64,000 bases of DNA from Eledone cirrhosa (GCA_964016885.1 OZ024742.1:318060001-318124000), one strand, 5' to 3'. Counted from the first letter of the stretch, positions 11,369-23,206 are shown. Made by a program: numbers and translations. The notes: generated by a model not told the origin, from the letters alone.

Positions 11369-13014
11369 ACGTACACGTTTATTTCTACGATCCCTTTTCT
11401 TTGTATATACACATGTAAACGAGTGTATGATGAAAACAGAAAAATAGGAACGGACCTTTATATGCACATAAACGATTATGTTTAAAAACATTCATACTGT
11501 TATACTGTGTATATATAAACACAGCTATACTTAATACAAATGAACACACTTAAATTTTATCATATATAATTTTACACCTACACACACACACATACACACA
11601 CGATTGTCGTTCTTTATTTTTAAAGTTTCTGTTTTTCTGTGGCTTGCATAGGCGCGTACTTTAGTTCTGTATGAATATATGTAACTTAAAACACATATCT
11701 ATAACCGAGAAGCAAATGGGAAAGAATATTTGTTATCTGTGACAAGGAAGGGATCATGATTTAAGGAGAGGGATATTTATTGTACCTGCAATATTTTGGT
11801 AAGTAAACTACCATTTGCCTCTTACTGCCATGCATATTACAGTGTCACAAATGTGTATATAGAAAGATATGTAAATCATTGCGGGAGTGTATGTGTACAC
11901 ATTTTTAACGTGCCGCTTAATTTCGTCATCGGCGGAAAAAAAAACAAACAATATATTTTAGCTCGCTGGTGTATTCAGCAAAAGCCTAAACATCACAACT
12001 TCCCTTTTAGCTTCACTTATAAATCTGGGATCCTATACGTTATTAACGTTTAGCTCCTGGCGAGCCCTGAGTGAATTGACCTATAATCAAAAGTAGTCCA
12101 GCCTTAACATTCCCGTATTTTTAGGTGAGGCTACATTATTCGATGTATTCTTTCCTTATTTAAGATGATAAAGTGAAATGTGAAGATGATTTGGTTACTA
12201 TTTTTAGCATGTTGGGTGACTACATTGGGGTCTCTCGATATCAGCACTTGGTGAGCATCGTGGAGAAGCTAGCTTTATGACGAGCCAATTCTAGGACCCA
12301 GCTTCGTTTCTAGTTTGTTAACCTATACCCACCTCGTAGCTAACACCAAAAAACCATGAAGGCTACACAAGATCATGTTATAATTAAGGCCATGTGAATA
12401 TGTAAGCAGTAGTAGCAGTAATTACCGACATTGTTGTTATTCTTACTAGACGTCCGTGCCGAAGGTAGTGGTTCTTTCTTGGGAAGAGATGTTTAGTGTC
12501 CTAGGTCGAACATGTAATTTTTGTTTTTATTATTTTTTTAAGACTTCGTCTCTATTAAATATAATATATCAAATAAAATATAACTTTGTGGTAATTTCTC
12601 CCTGAGTTCATCCAAATCGAACACTATAGACATATGATGACCCTGTGTCCCTTCCTAGTTGTTTAGCCCCCAAATCAGTCAAACGTTCCAGTAAATAATT
12701 GGCATTTTTTCGGCTAGTATACACTCAAGACTATATTATATAATGTGCTTTTCTAATACAGTAAGATGTGATGTGAGAGATAAGTTGGCTGGTGATTTAT
12801 TGTTTAGATTCATGTTTCCCAATAATTATATTTTTCTCCCCAAACTACCTAAACACACATCTATATTTGTATATGTGCTACAATTCATGTACATGTTATG
12901 TTTATTGCATATCGAAGTTTTTTTTTTTTTATATATATTTTGGTTGATATTTGATAATAACAGCTAAACTAATCACTACAACTAAATTGACCAAATTTGC
13001 ACCACCACCCCTAA

Positions 13015-13630
13015 CTCAGGAATGCTTACACCGCCTCTGTAAGCAGGGTGCCAGATCCGGAGATCTTAACTACGAAGATATTAAACTACCATCTTAGCCG
13101 ACCCACCCAGGGTCGCGTCGTCCAAGTACCAGATGTTGAAGAGCGCCCGGGCAGAGCGGGCAACGTCGTCAACTCCCAGCGCAAAGAGGATTGGACCGAG
13201 TGGGCCCCCTTGCTGGACACCCGAGCGGAAATAACTTTGTTGTCTACGATGTGATCCCACCTAATGCTGTTGAAAGCGTTTCTCTAGTCCAACTTCACAA
13301 GGAGGTGGGGTGACGAGAAAGACGTGTGCTCTATAATGTGTCTGGCTACATGAGCTGCCACCTCACATCCGCACTTGGCTCCAGTGCCAGATTTACCATT
13401 GTGCTTAGGTGTGCTTAAGCACAGGACCCCGTTGGCCAGGGGGGGGGCGGGAGCATCTTCCTGTCAAAAAAAAAGTTTACCATGAATTACTTCCTTCAGG
13501 GCCCAAGTAAGGGGTCTCATAACTTAACTAGCAGAGGGTCTCAATTGTCCAAAATCCAGCACTGCTCGACTTCCGCTCCGAGCTGGACAGAACTTAGCGC
13601 CTCGTTCAGATCATCTTTGGCTGCTTGGTA
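13015..13630 (-). pseudogene. CRE reverse transcriptase fragment interrupted by a MITE
   Basis: Minus strand reads QLGA...GCEVAAH...LVKLD*RNAFNSI...SGVQQGGPLGPILFALGVDD...IWYLDDATLGG. Confidence 0.8.
13382..13564. mobile_element. hAT-like MITE (CAGTGCCAGATTT termini)
   Basis: CAGTGCCAGATTT...AAATCCAGCACTG; inverted homolog at 54517-54683. Confidence 0.75.
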
Positions 13631-14259
13631 TTGAAACACTTGGGTTTTCGTGGGGCATAACTACAGTTTAGTGTCCCTGTCCCGACTTTGTTTCCTTATA
13701 ACTCTCTTAATAAGGCATATTTTTTTAATGGCATTTTTTGGTAAATACGTTTTTCGTTATCTACATTCCGATTATATTGATGAAAATCATCAATTATTTT
13801 TCTTTTTTTTGTGGGGGGAGGCGGGGTCATTATTGTATTCGTTAATTCTTTCATTTTTTTATAGATATTTTATTTTTAATAAATCAATCAGTTATATAAT
13901 ATAAATAACATTATAAATATTGATGGAAATATAAAAGAAAAAACAAAACCAAGCAACGAACAGAGGGGGGAAGGCGTAAAAAGGGCAAATCTGGCTGTAT
14001 AAGAAAGTAGGAGAAAGGGATATAAATGTTATAAATGAGAGGAAAAGGCGGGAAAGGCAAGTATTATGAGGCCACGGGTGAAAAGGAGTGGGTGATAGGA
14101 TGTATGCCTGAGGCGGGGCGTTCAATTATTGAATACTTTCGATCTATATTTGTAACAGTAGTAGACTAAAAGTACACAGAACTATCTTTCCCCCTTGTGT
14201 CGCGCCTGTAACTGTATCAAAGAAATTTAATTATCGTACATAAATTTAAAAACATTAAT

Positions 14260-14308
<49 letters not shown>

Positions 14309-14350
14309 TTTATCGTTTCCTTGAACTATATATATATATATATATATAAC

Positions 14351-14552
14351 GAAGGAAATGTGGTAAGGAACCAGATGGACCATAACGCACCAAAGTACTC
14401 AATACTTAGGGTAGTAGAGTGGGTAATAGGAACGAGTAGGACCCCGACGGCTGAGCTCAAGCCGTTTCGACGGCTAATTCTGGACGCTCTGAGTCCAGAA
14501 TTAGCCGTCGAAACGGCTTGAGCTCAGCCGTCGGGGTCGTACTCGCTCCTAT
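14351..14552. mobile_element. Very short palindromic Penelope-like insertion carrying a hammerhead 3' half
   Basis: 60-bp arms 14426-14485 and 14493-14552 (2 mismatches); contains GAAAC-GGC-TTGAGCTCA-GCC-GTC; duplicated target on both sides. Confidence 0.65.
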
Positions 14553-15697
14553 ATATATATATATATATGCTTTATCGTTTCCTTGAACTATATATATATA
14601 TATATAACTTCAGCCAAATTCTAACTAGGAATTGTTTAACCCGAGGCTGAGGTAGAATATATTTGCCCAAGGCAATGAAGCGAACTTCTTATCCTCACAG
14701 AACTAAGCCGGTACACATGTTTTAAGTTTTAGAGGTTTAATGTTTAAGGCTTAAATTCGTGGATTAAAAGTTAGAATACATATCGAAGTGGAATGGAAAA
14801 GTTATACATACAGGTATTAAATTCGAAAATTCTAACCATCCTAAAACTAAAAAAGCCCAGCTGAGGGCACAAATAAATTGCTACGGCCGTCGCTGGAGGG
14901 GCCTCCGCTGCGGGGGACCCGGGGCAACTAATTGCACCTTTGACGAGTTGTAGTGCACCTGAGCACTTTACACAATAATTTCATTTTTTTTTTTATTATT
15001 ATTATTATTTGCCCTGCATTAAATCCGGTCCTGACCATGATGTGGGAGGGAGCAAAAGAGTCACTGACTGTAGCGTCTCAAATGAGACACCTGCTTCTTG
15101 CTACCATGTCTTTTATTTTTCAAAAATGTGATTTGAGAGACAGGTTTGGCTGTTAATTGCAATAGATCTAGCGACCGCGTAGATGTTCCTTTTTTGTGCT
15201 CGTGTAATGTTGTGGGGCTGCATAGTAATCGATGCTATTTTAAGTTAATCTTTTCGGCTGCATATTTCTAACGAAGAACACAGAATATGATTTTCAAATC
15301 ATTTTGAAAATAACCAAGAATAAAGATTTTTCTCATTATAAAGCTGGTTTTCCAAACGAAACTTAACAAAGGTCCTTTCATAAAATGATGATGGAAGGTT
15401 TTCACATAAATATAAACATTTTGAAATAGTTTTGTAACGTAGAACCAGGGACGGTTTAAGAGGTGCGTACGCAAAAACTTTTTAATACTATTTTCTATTT
15501 CACTTTCTCGATAGAGCTGTTATTTATTTTCTATATAACAATAAAGCTTTGTTTTTTAAAGGAAGAGGGCTTGTTCCCTTAAAGAATAGATAGAAATTAT
15601 GAAATTTGATTTTGCAAACATTAGAAAATATCGTATAGGCGTTAGGAATTCCTCCCATTTAGTACAGTGCTGAATATTTGAATATATCAAATTATGG

Positions 15698-15860
15698 TCA
15701 GGTCAGGCTTCTGCTGGCTACTGGTATCATGTAACCCAGTATAACCTGCTTCATGGTCGAGCGGTCGGCGACCAAACCCTTGTGGGGTGGGGAAGGTATG
15801 TGGAATCCCAGCAGCACAAAAAAAAAAGTTGTTAAAAGGGCGGATGAACTCCTTATAGCT
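15698..15860 (+). mobile_element. Diverged 5' segment of the retroposon family at 39095
   Basis: Shares the GTCAGGTCA start, TACTGG...CCAGTA and CATGGTCG...GGCGAC with 39095-39180. Confidence 0.55.
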
Positions 15861-16434
15861 AACTGGTTAAATAGGCTCAACAACCCGCAATTGGCCAAGT
15901 ATGTTGAGTAAAGCTACACCTCTGACATGACCAAAACTAAACAGAAAGCGGTAGAGGTCAACCAGGGAGGGTTTCACCCAACAGGAGTGAGAAGGGATTG
16001 GATTGGATTGGAATTATTTTATTTTTCTCGGTTATTATTCAAATACCTTATTGTATGAAATCTAAGTCTTATTCTTGTGAATGTTTAGCCTCTAAACAAT
16101 AATCAAATGTTCCTGTCGTTAACAACCAGACTGTTTTATATTTAGTGTATCTAGGACTTCATTATACAATTTGTTCTTAATTTTCAAGTCGGTAGGCTGA
16201 AATTTGATAGAAATTTGACTGCTCCTTCAAGCCGGTCTATCGACCATATAGAAGCTTTCCCCTCTTTAGAGATGAAAATCTATTTAGGCATTATGCAACA
16301 CTTGTTAATTTATCTGAACTTCCGATAACCTCGTTAGGCGGTTACAGACATCTCTGAAAACCTCTTGTGTGTTCTATCTATCTTGGGCTTCGTATGCCGC
16401 ATGGCCCTTCCCACTCAGTTTTCTAAAAAGAAAA

Positions 16435-17030
16435 ACTAGACATTTCCGATCGGCCGGGAGGTCAGATTCGTTGAAAACGCACAAAAAAAAAACAAACGAA
16501 AATACTAGAGGAAAATTTATTGTAAAGAAAACTTCGAGGGTGCGATACTTTGAGGTTGCTTGATCCTCATTGCCTCCACTCCGTTTCTAAATAAAATAAA
16601 ATAAGAAGAAAGAAACAGATGTGGGGTCCAGATTCTTTGAAAACACAGGAAACAAAATCTAGGTAAGAGACTTTTCCCATCGAACGTGAGATGGGTGTAG
16701 ATCTGAAATTCCGAGGGAGTCTAACACCTACCTACCTACATATTTTTCTCTTTCTGTTTTCTATAAAAAAAATTTAAAATAAAAGCATTTACGACGGGTT
16801 TGGGTGTTAGATTCGTCATTAAAAAAAAAAAAAACAATAAAAAAAATAGGAAAAACGAAATTTATTGTAAAGAAAAATCCGAAGGTGCTCCCTATTTCCC
16901 CATCCCCTTCGTTTTTTTTTTGTTTTTTTTTTTATGTCATTTCCGACGGATTTTGAAGTTAGATTCGTTAAAAACGATAAAAAAAAAAATTTCTATTGAA
17001 CATGAGACAGGTCAGATTTATAAATTTCGA
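16435..17030 (+). repeat. Degenerate tandem repeat, period roughly 160-180 bp
   Basis: AGATTCGTTGAAAAC-like core near 16464, 16630, 16809 and 16961; AAATTTATTGTAAAGAAAA occurs twice. Confidence 0.55.
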
Positions 17031-17604
17031 CTTTTTTACTGCCCCCTTTATTGTAAGCTTAGACCCTTATAATTCTTTCGTTCTTCGCCAACATCATAAA
17101 AGCTTTCTTATCGGAATTTAACTATTTGGTTATACAATAATGAATTTAGGAACTTTGTTGTTCCAAATGAGCTGCAGGAACTTATAAGGAAATAGGAGAC
17201 AATCTAATAAAAAAAAAAGTTAAAACTTGAACATAGTCGTGTCTTTAACAAAACAGGATTAAAAGAAAAGTTGTTCCCTGGTTTATATGATTCAGAGGGA
17301 TAGAGTTTCGTGACAAAGCCCTTGTTGACCAGTGTCAAAGGCTTGGGTACAAAACTATATGAATCTGAATCTTTCTTTTAAGTTATCACACCACTCGATA
17401 TTACACAAAATACCTATATCCTCTCTAGTTATTGTAAGATCTGGCAATACAATTAAACTAATTTGATAATGAGGCCTAATAAAGCTGAAACATGCCTGGA
17501 AGTGTTACGGTACTGTCAACGAGCAGACTCACTCTGCACTCACTCCCAAATACATCTTATATTAAAAACCCATGCTAGCATGGGAAATCAATGTTAAGCG
17601 ATGA

Positions 17605-18185
17605 TAATTCTTCTCCTTTTTCTTTCTTTTCTTCGCCCACTTATTCCTGAGAGAGTCCTCAAACACTCCTTCCAGAGGGTCCTGGCAGAAGCAACCATTT
17701 TCAACTGATCCGGCTGGATCCCCAAATAAGACCAGCCACACTCATGGATGTTATCCAACCATCTTGCACAGGGTCTACTCCTGGGTCTCCTGCCAGTTGG
17801 TTTTGTCCATAAAATCTGTCCAGCAATTCTTTCTTGAGACATTCTAAGCCCATGCCTGTAGTATTGGAGCTGTGATCTCTCAATTTGGAGAAGTAGTGGC
17901 TCTACCTGAAGCAACTCTCTGATCTCTGAGCTACACACTCTATCGAGTAAGGTTACTCCAAAGACCCTTCAGAGGAAACCCATTTCGGCCACTTGTATTT
18001 GCGATCATATTCTTTCATTCATGACCATAGGTAAGGTTGACATGAATACAGAATTGAAAATAGCAAGTTTGGCTTTTACTCCTACCTCCCTTCTGATTAC
18101 TGAATGTTGAAGCTGGCACATTACTGCACAATCTCCTGCAATTCTTGCACTTAATTCAGCTTCCTGTCTTCCATCACTCACGAAT
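17605..18185 (-). pseudogene. RTE-type LINE 3' fragment
   Basis: IRELLQVEPLLLQIERSQL...GRRPRSRPCARWLDNI, a typical RTE C-terminus. Confidence 0.8.
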
Positions 18186-18496
18186 GCAGCATTGGGGTCA
18201 ATTTAATTGATTTACCCCTTCCCAAAAATTGTTGGCCTTGTGCCTAAATCAGAAACCATTATATTCAAGATTGTATTGTACATGAGTTAATACAACAATT
18301 AAAATGTATTCGTTCTTTACATGAACTACATTAGCACCCATTTTACTATAGATTTTTTCTTCTTTGATATAACAGGCTTTCTTCACCTTTTTCACATTGC
18401 TTGGGTCTACAAGCTTTCCTCCTTCCTTTTCAATTTACTTCATTGTTGGATGATCACTTTCAACATTAACATTTCTCCTTGCACCTCACTGTTTAA

Positions 18497-18702
18497 CCCT
18501 TTACTATTTACATTACTCTATATTTACTATTATATTTTCATGGTAAAGGCTTTCTCACATAATATAAAATCTATGAGAATTTGACATTATTTATTTTGAG
18601 AACAATACCTTAACATCAGTATGAGCAGTCAGTTACGGCCAGTTTGAACAGAAAACGGTGAGAGAATTCTGGCCCTATACAGCTGGTTTAAATGCTAAAG
18701 GG
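18497..18702. mobile_element. piggyBac-type MITE
   Basis: TTAA|CCCTTTA...TAAAGGG|TTAA; homologous to 19067-19282. Confidence 0.75.
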
Positions 18703-19066
18703 TTAACCCTTTTGTTACCATATTTCTAATGAAAGACAATAACTATGATTTTCAATTGATTTTGAAAATAAGAATTTATAGAGATTTAGTAATAAAAACT
18801 TTCTCATTATTGAGTTTTCACAACAGAATTGTTGTGGCTCTTTAAGTTCTAAATTTGAATCCAGCTGAAGCCAATTTTACCTTTTATCCTTTTAAGATCA
18901 ATATAGTACTAGTCAGGTACAGGGGTCAGTATAATTGACATTCTCTTTTTCCTCTAAATTGTTGGGCTTGGGCCTAAATTAGAAAACATTATAAAGTTGA
19001 TGTTTGGAACATAATTGAAAGGTTCTTACATGTAATTAAGTTTTTAGATAAATATAATTACTTTAA

Positions 19067-19282
19067 CCCTTTAGCATTTACATTACTCTATATTTACTAT
19101 TGTATTTTCACTGTAAACACATCATTTCACATAATTATCTCACATAATTATCTACAAGATTTTGATATCATTTATTTTGAGAACAATACTTTAACATAAG
19201 TATGAGAAGCCAGTTTGGCTGGTTTGAACAGAAAAAGGTGAGAGAATATTGGCTGAATACAGCAGCTTTAAACACTAAACGG
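19067..19282. mobile_element. piggyBac-type MITE, second copy
   Basis: TTAA|CCCTTTAGCATTTA...TAAACACTAAACGG|TTAA. Confidence 0.75.
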
Positions 19283-19480
19283 TTAAGGCAGGTGGGTTTG
19301 TATTGTAAAACAGGAATAGTTCCAGGTCATTTAGTATTAGAAGTGTTGATGAATGGATCACGCGGAAACCAATAACTTAATTAGTGTGACATATTTGAGA
19401 TATTGAACATCGAAATGTCTAATTTGAAATACTTATGTGGTGAGGAAAGGACATTAGCTCAATGAGTAATATTATTTTCA

Positions 19481-19662
19481 TTTGGATTGGCAGTATCGGT
19501 AGTGTCAGACACCATGCTTTGCAGCATAGTTACTGTCCTTTAGAGTCTGAGTTCAAATCCCACCAAGGTTAACTTTGCCTTTCATCCTCACGAGGTCAAT
19601 AAAATAAAGCACCAGTAATGCACTGGAATAATTACTGGCCTTGTGCCAAAAGCTGATACAAT
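19481..19662 (+). mobile_element. tRNA-derived SINE
   Basis: A box TGGCAGTATCGG, B box GAGTTCAAATCCC, core TTTGCCTTTCATCC. Confidence 0.8.
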
Positions 19663-19990
19663 TATTTTCATTAAATCTACAAGTAGAGGAAACAACTGGA
19701 AAAGTTGGTTCAAAATGCCTTCTGGTATTTGTTTTGCCTCAATGAAGTTGACCTTGAGGAAATTAGAACTCCCAATGTCTAACACTTCTGCCAATCCACT
19801 TCACCTAAATGTCATTCCATGTATAAGAAAAGAAAACAATTAAGGCTACAATAAAAAAGAAAATAACATGTCCCACCCTAATAGATTGTCAAACACACTC
19901 AGATACATTAGTACTTAAACATTATAGCATAATTTATAAATCCTTTTCATTAGTCTATGTATTTACATATTTATGTATATACATTTTATG

Positions 19991-20026
<36 letters not shown>

Positions 20027-20035
20027 ATAAATAAC

Positions 20036-20082
20036 TGCTCCGAAGAATCCAAACCTCGGTTTGGAGGAAACAATTGTAAGCA
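20036..20082 (+). ncRNA. Minimal type I hammerhead ribozyme (Penelope-type), core U-to-C variant
   Basis: TGCT-CCGAAGA-A-TCCAAACC/GGTTTGGA-G-GAAAC-AATT-GTA-AGCA; all helices can form. Confidence 0.75.
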
Positions 20083-20123
20083 AATAAATGACTTAAACTG
20101 AACTTTGATTACTGTAATCTCTC

Positions 20124-20154
<31 letters not shown>

Positions 20155-20259
20155 GTATGTGGGTGGGTGGGTGTATGGGTATGTGGGTATGTGTATATAT
20201 ATGTGTGTGTATATATATGTGTGTGTGTGTGTATGGCTATGTGGGTATGTGTATATATA

Positions 20260-20295
<36 letters not shown>

Positions 20296-20353
20296 CATGT
20301 GGGTATGTGTATATATATATATGGATATGTGTGTATATATATATATATGGATG

Positions 20354-21033
20354 TCATCATCATCATCATCGTTTAACGTCCATATTCTACGCTTGCATGG
20401 GTTTGGACGGGAGTTTTCCCACTTGAGGCAAGAGTGGTTGTCTTGCTCGCATAGGACTGTCTGGCGGGTTTTCTACGGCTGGATGCCCTTCCTAACACCA
20501 ACCACATTTACAGTGTGGAACTGGAAGGTTTTTACCGTGTTACCTACACGGCCACATTACAGCGTGGACTGTGTGTTGTTTTGTCGTGACACCTACACGA
20601 CCTCATTTGTTTCGGCCTGGATGGTGTGGCACCAACATAACTTTACATTGAAAGGGGTGGTGTGGATGGGGTGGGGGTAGTGGGACGGGGTGTATTTTGT
20701 TAGAGGTGCCTACTGACTGTAGTAGGTTTCACTTTGCACTTAGGTAAGGCGGGTCTTCTCTATTACTGTGTAGCGCCAAAGATCTCGGTCCAGTGACATT
20801 GTCTTGGAGAGGTGTAAGTGTGTGAGGTCGGAATTTATCAGCTCGTCCCAGGTTTTTCTGGGTCGGCCTACTCCGTGGCTACCGTCTATCTTTATTGCCC
20901 TGCACTTTTTTATACAGCTGTCGTCTTTCATGCGCATCACGTGACCATACCAAAATAGTCTTCTCTCGAGTAAGCAACATCTGATCCCTCTTATTTCTAA
21001 TTTCTCCCTTAGTTCGTTTATGCTTTGCCATTC
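20354..21033 (-). mobile_element. RTE LINE family A, 5'-truncated
   Basis: [13 protein letters not shown]...GRPRKTW, 3' UTR and (GAT)n tail; closely matches 49355-50036. Confidence 0.9.
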
Positions 21034-21073
21034 ATGGATATGTGTATATATATATATGGATATGTGTATATAT

Positions 21074-21168
21074 ATATTGTTATACTTTGGGAGGGTCATG
21101 TTGCCAATATCGGTTTCAACAAACGATTTCAGATAAAGAATCTTGCTAAAAAAATTCAGAAACAAAAT
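21074..21168. mobile_element. Minimal Penelope-like stub: inverted pLTR end plus 3' tail
   Basis: 21074-21105 resembles 34644-34675; 21106-21151 resembles the reverse complement of 34603-34648. Confidence 0.65.
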
Positions 21169-21272
21169 GTATATATATATGGATATGTGTATATATATAT
21201 ATATATATGGATATGTGTATATATATATATATGGATATGTGTATATATATATATATGGATATGTGTATATAT

Positions 21273-21646
21273 ATACACCCCCCCACCCCACCCCACCCTT
21301 CACCCCCACCCCACCCCACCGTCCCCACCCCGTCCACACCACCCCGTTCTATGTAAAGTTATGTTGGTGCCACACCATCCAGGCCGAAACAAATGAGATC
21401 GTGTAGGTGTCACGACAAAAAAACACACAGTCCACGCTGTAATGTGGCCGTGTAGGCAACACGGTAAAAACCTCCCAGACCCACACTGTAAATGTGGTTG
21501 GTGTTAGGAAGGGCATCCAACTGTAGAAAACCCGCCAGACAGTCCTATGCGAGCAAGACAATCACTCTTGCCTCAAGTGGGACTACCCCCGTCCAAACCC
21601 ATGCAAGCGTGGAACACGGACGTTAAACGTTGATGATGATGATGAT
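21273..21646 (+). mobile_element. RTE family A 3' UTR copy
   Basis: Reverse complement of 20354-20695; ends in (GAT)n. Confidence 0.88.
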
Positions 21647-21652
21647 GGATGT

Positions 21653-21840
21653 CATCATCATCATCATCGTTTAACGTCCATATTCCACGCTTGCATGGGT
21701 TTGGACGGGAGTTTTCCCACTTGAGGCAAGAGTGGTTGTCTTGCTCGCATAGGACTGTCTGGCGGGTTTTCTACGGCTGGATGCCCTTCCTAACACCAAC
21801 CACATTTACAGTGTGGAACTGGGGGGTTTTTACCGTGTTT
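21653..21840 (-). mobile_element. RTE family A 3' UTR stub, tail-to-tail with the previous copy
   Basis: Nearly identical to 20354-20540. Confidence 0.88.
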
Positions 21841-21870
21841 TTACCGTTTTTACCGTGTTTTTACCGTGTT

Positions 21871-23206
21871 TTTACTGTTCATCATAGTCCTGCAGGCAAT
21901 AACGGAGGAGTTTAAGACCGGATGCCCATGGGAACTCCTGTATGCTGATGACCTCGCACTCATAGCTGAATCTATGGTAGAACTAGAGAATAAATTCCAA
22001 ACCTGGAAGCAGGGACTAGAGAGAAAGGGCCTCAAAGTCAACATGACAAAGACTAAGGTCCTTGTAAGTAGACGAGAAAACAGAACCCAGATCCCCTCAG
22101 GGAAATGGCCTTGCTCAGTATGTAGGAAAGGTGTAGGTAGGAACTCCATTCTCTGCCCCAAATGCAAACAATGGGTACACAAGAGATGTAGCGGGATCTC
22201 AGGAAGCTTAATTAAGAATGTAGGATTCACATGCAGCAGCTGTGCTGAAACAGCAAGCAAACGGCCACAGGAAACAAGTACCACCAATCTCTGGGAGGGC
22301 CCTGTAGAAACAGTAGACAGCTTCTGCTACCTAGGTGACCGAATTAGCAACGGAGGTGGGTGCTCAGAAAGTACAATAACTAGGGTAAGAACGGGATGGA
22401 AGAAGTTTAGGGAACTACTACCACTGCTAGCTGCAAAAGGCTTCTCCTTCAGAATGAAAGGCAGACTGTATGATGAATGTATCCGAACAGCGATGTTGCA
22501 TGGTAGTGAGACCTGGGCGCTGAAGGTGGAAGACTTACGTAGATTAGAGAGAAACGAAGCCTGCATGCTCCGATGGATGTGTAACAGTAATATACGTGAA
22601 CGACAAAGCATAAAGGAATTGAGAGAGAGACTGAGCATAAGAGGAATCAAATGCTGCTTGCAGGAGAGGCGGTTACGCTGGTATGGACATGTGATGCGTG
22701 TGAAGGATGACAGCTGCATAAAAAGGTGCAGAGCACTAGAAGTTGATGGAAACCGCGGAGTGGGGAGACCCAAGATGACTTGGGATGAGGTGATAAAAGC
22801 CGACCTTACCCAACTACACCTCTCAAAGACAATGACACACGACCGTGACTTCTGGCGTCACGCAGTAATACAGGGTACCCGACCTCCCATGGGTACATGC
22901 TGAAGCATATAAACAATATGCCCCCACTCCCCCCACCGCAAGGTGGTCGTGGAGGTGCCACGGCAAAAAAGCACCCAGCCCACACTGTAAAGTGGACGTG
23001 TAGGCGCCACGAAAAAGCACCCAGCACTCACTGTAAATGAGGTTGGCGTTAGGAAGGGCATCCGGCTGTAGAAATCAAGCCAGATCAGTTCCTGTATGAG
23101 CAAGGCATGGTCAGCCGACCAGACACTGCCCACAACAGGACAACCCGTCTAACCCATGCTAGCGTGGAAGAACGGACGTAAAACGGTGATGATGATGATG
23201 ATGATG
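21871..23206 (+). mobile_element. RTE LINE family B, 5'-truncated; RT C-terminal half with PHD-like finger, stop at 22903
   Basis: LLYADD, CSVC...CPKC...HKRC...[25 protein letters not shown]; distinct 3' UTR; (GAT)n tail. Confidence 0.92.

Noticed and set aside
17135-17285. Possible Penelope ORF N-terminus relic, similar to 57380-57490
   Set aside because: Stops and frameshifts; similarity judged only by eye and nearby hammerhead boxes are too decayed.
19481-19570. tRNA genes at A/B-box sites
   Set aside because: No cloverleaf; the boxes are heads of a dispersed SINE family.
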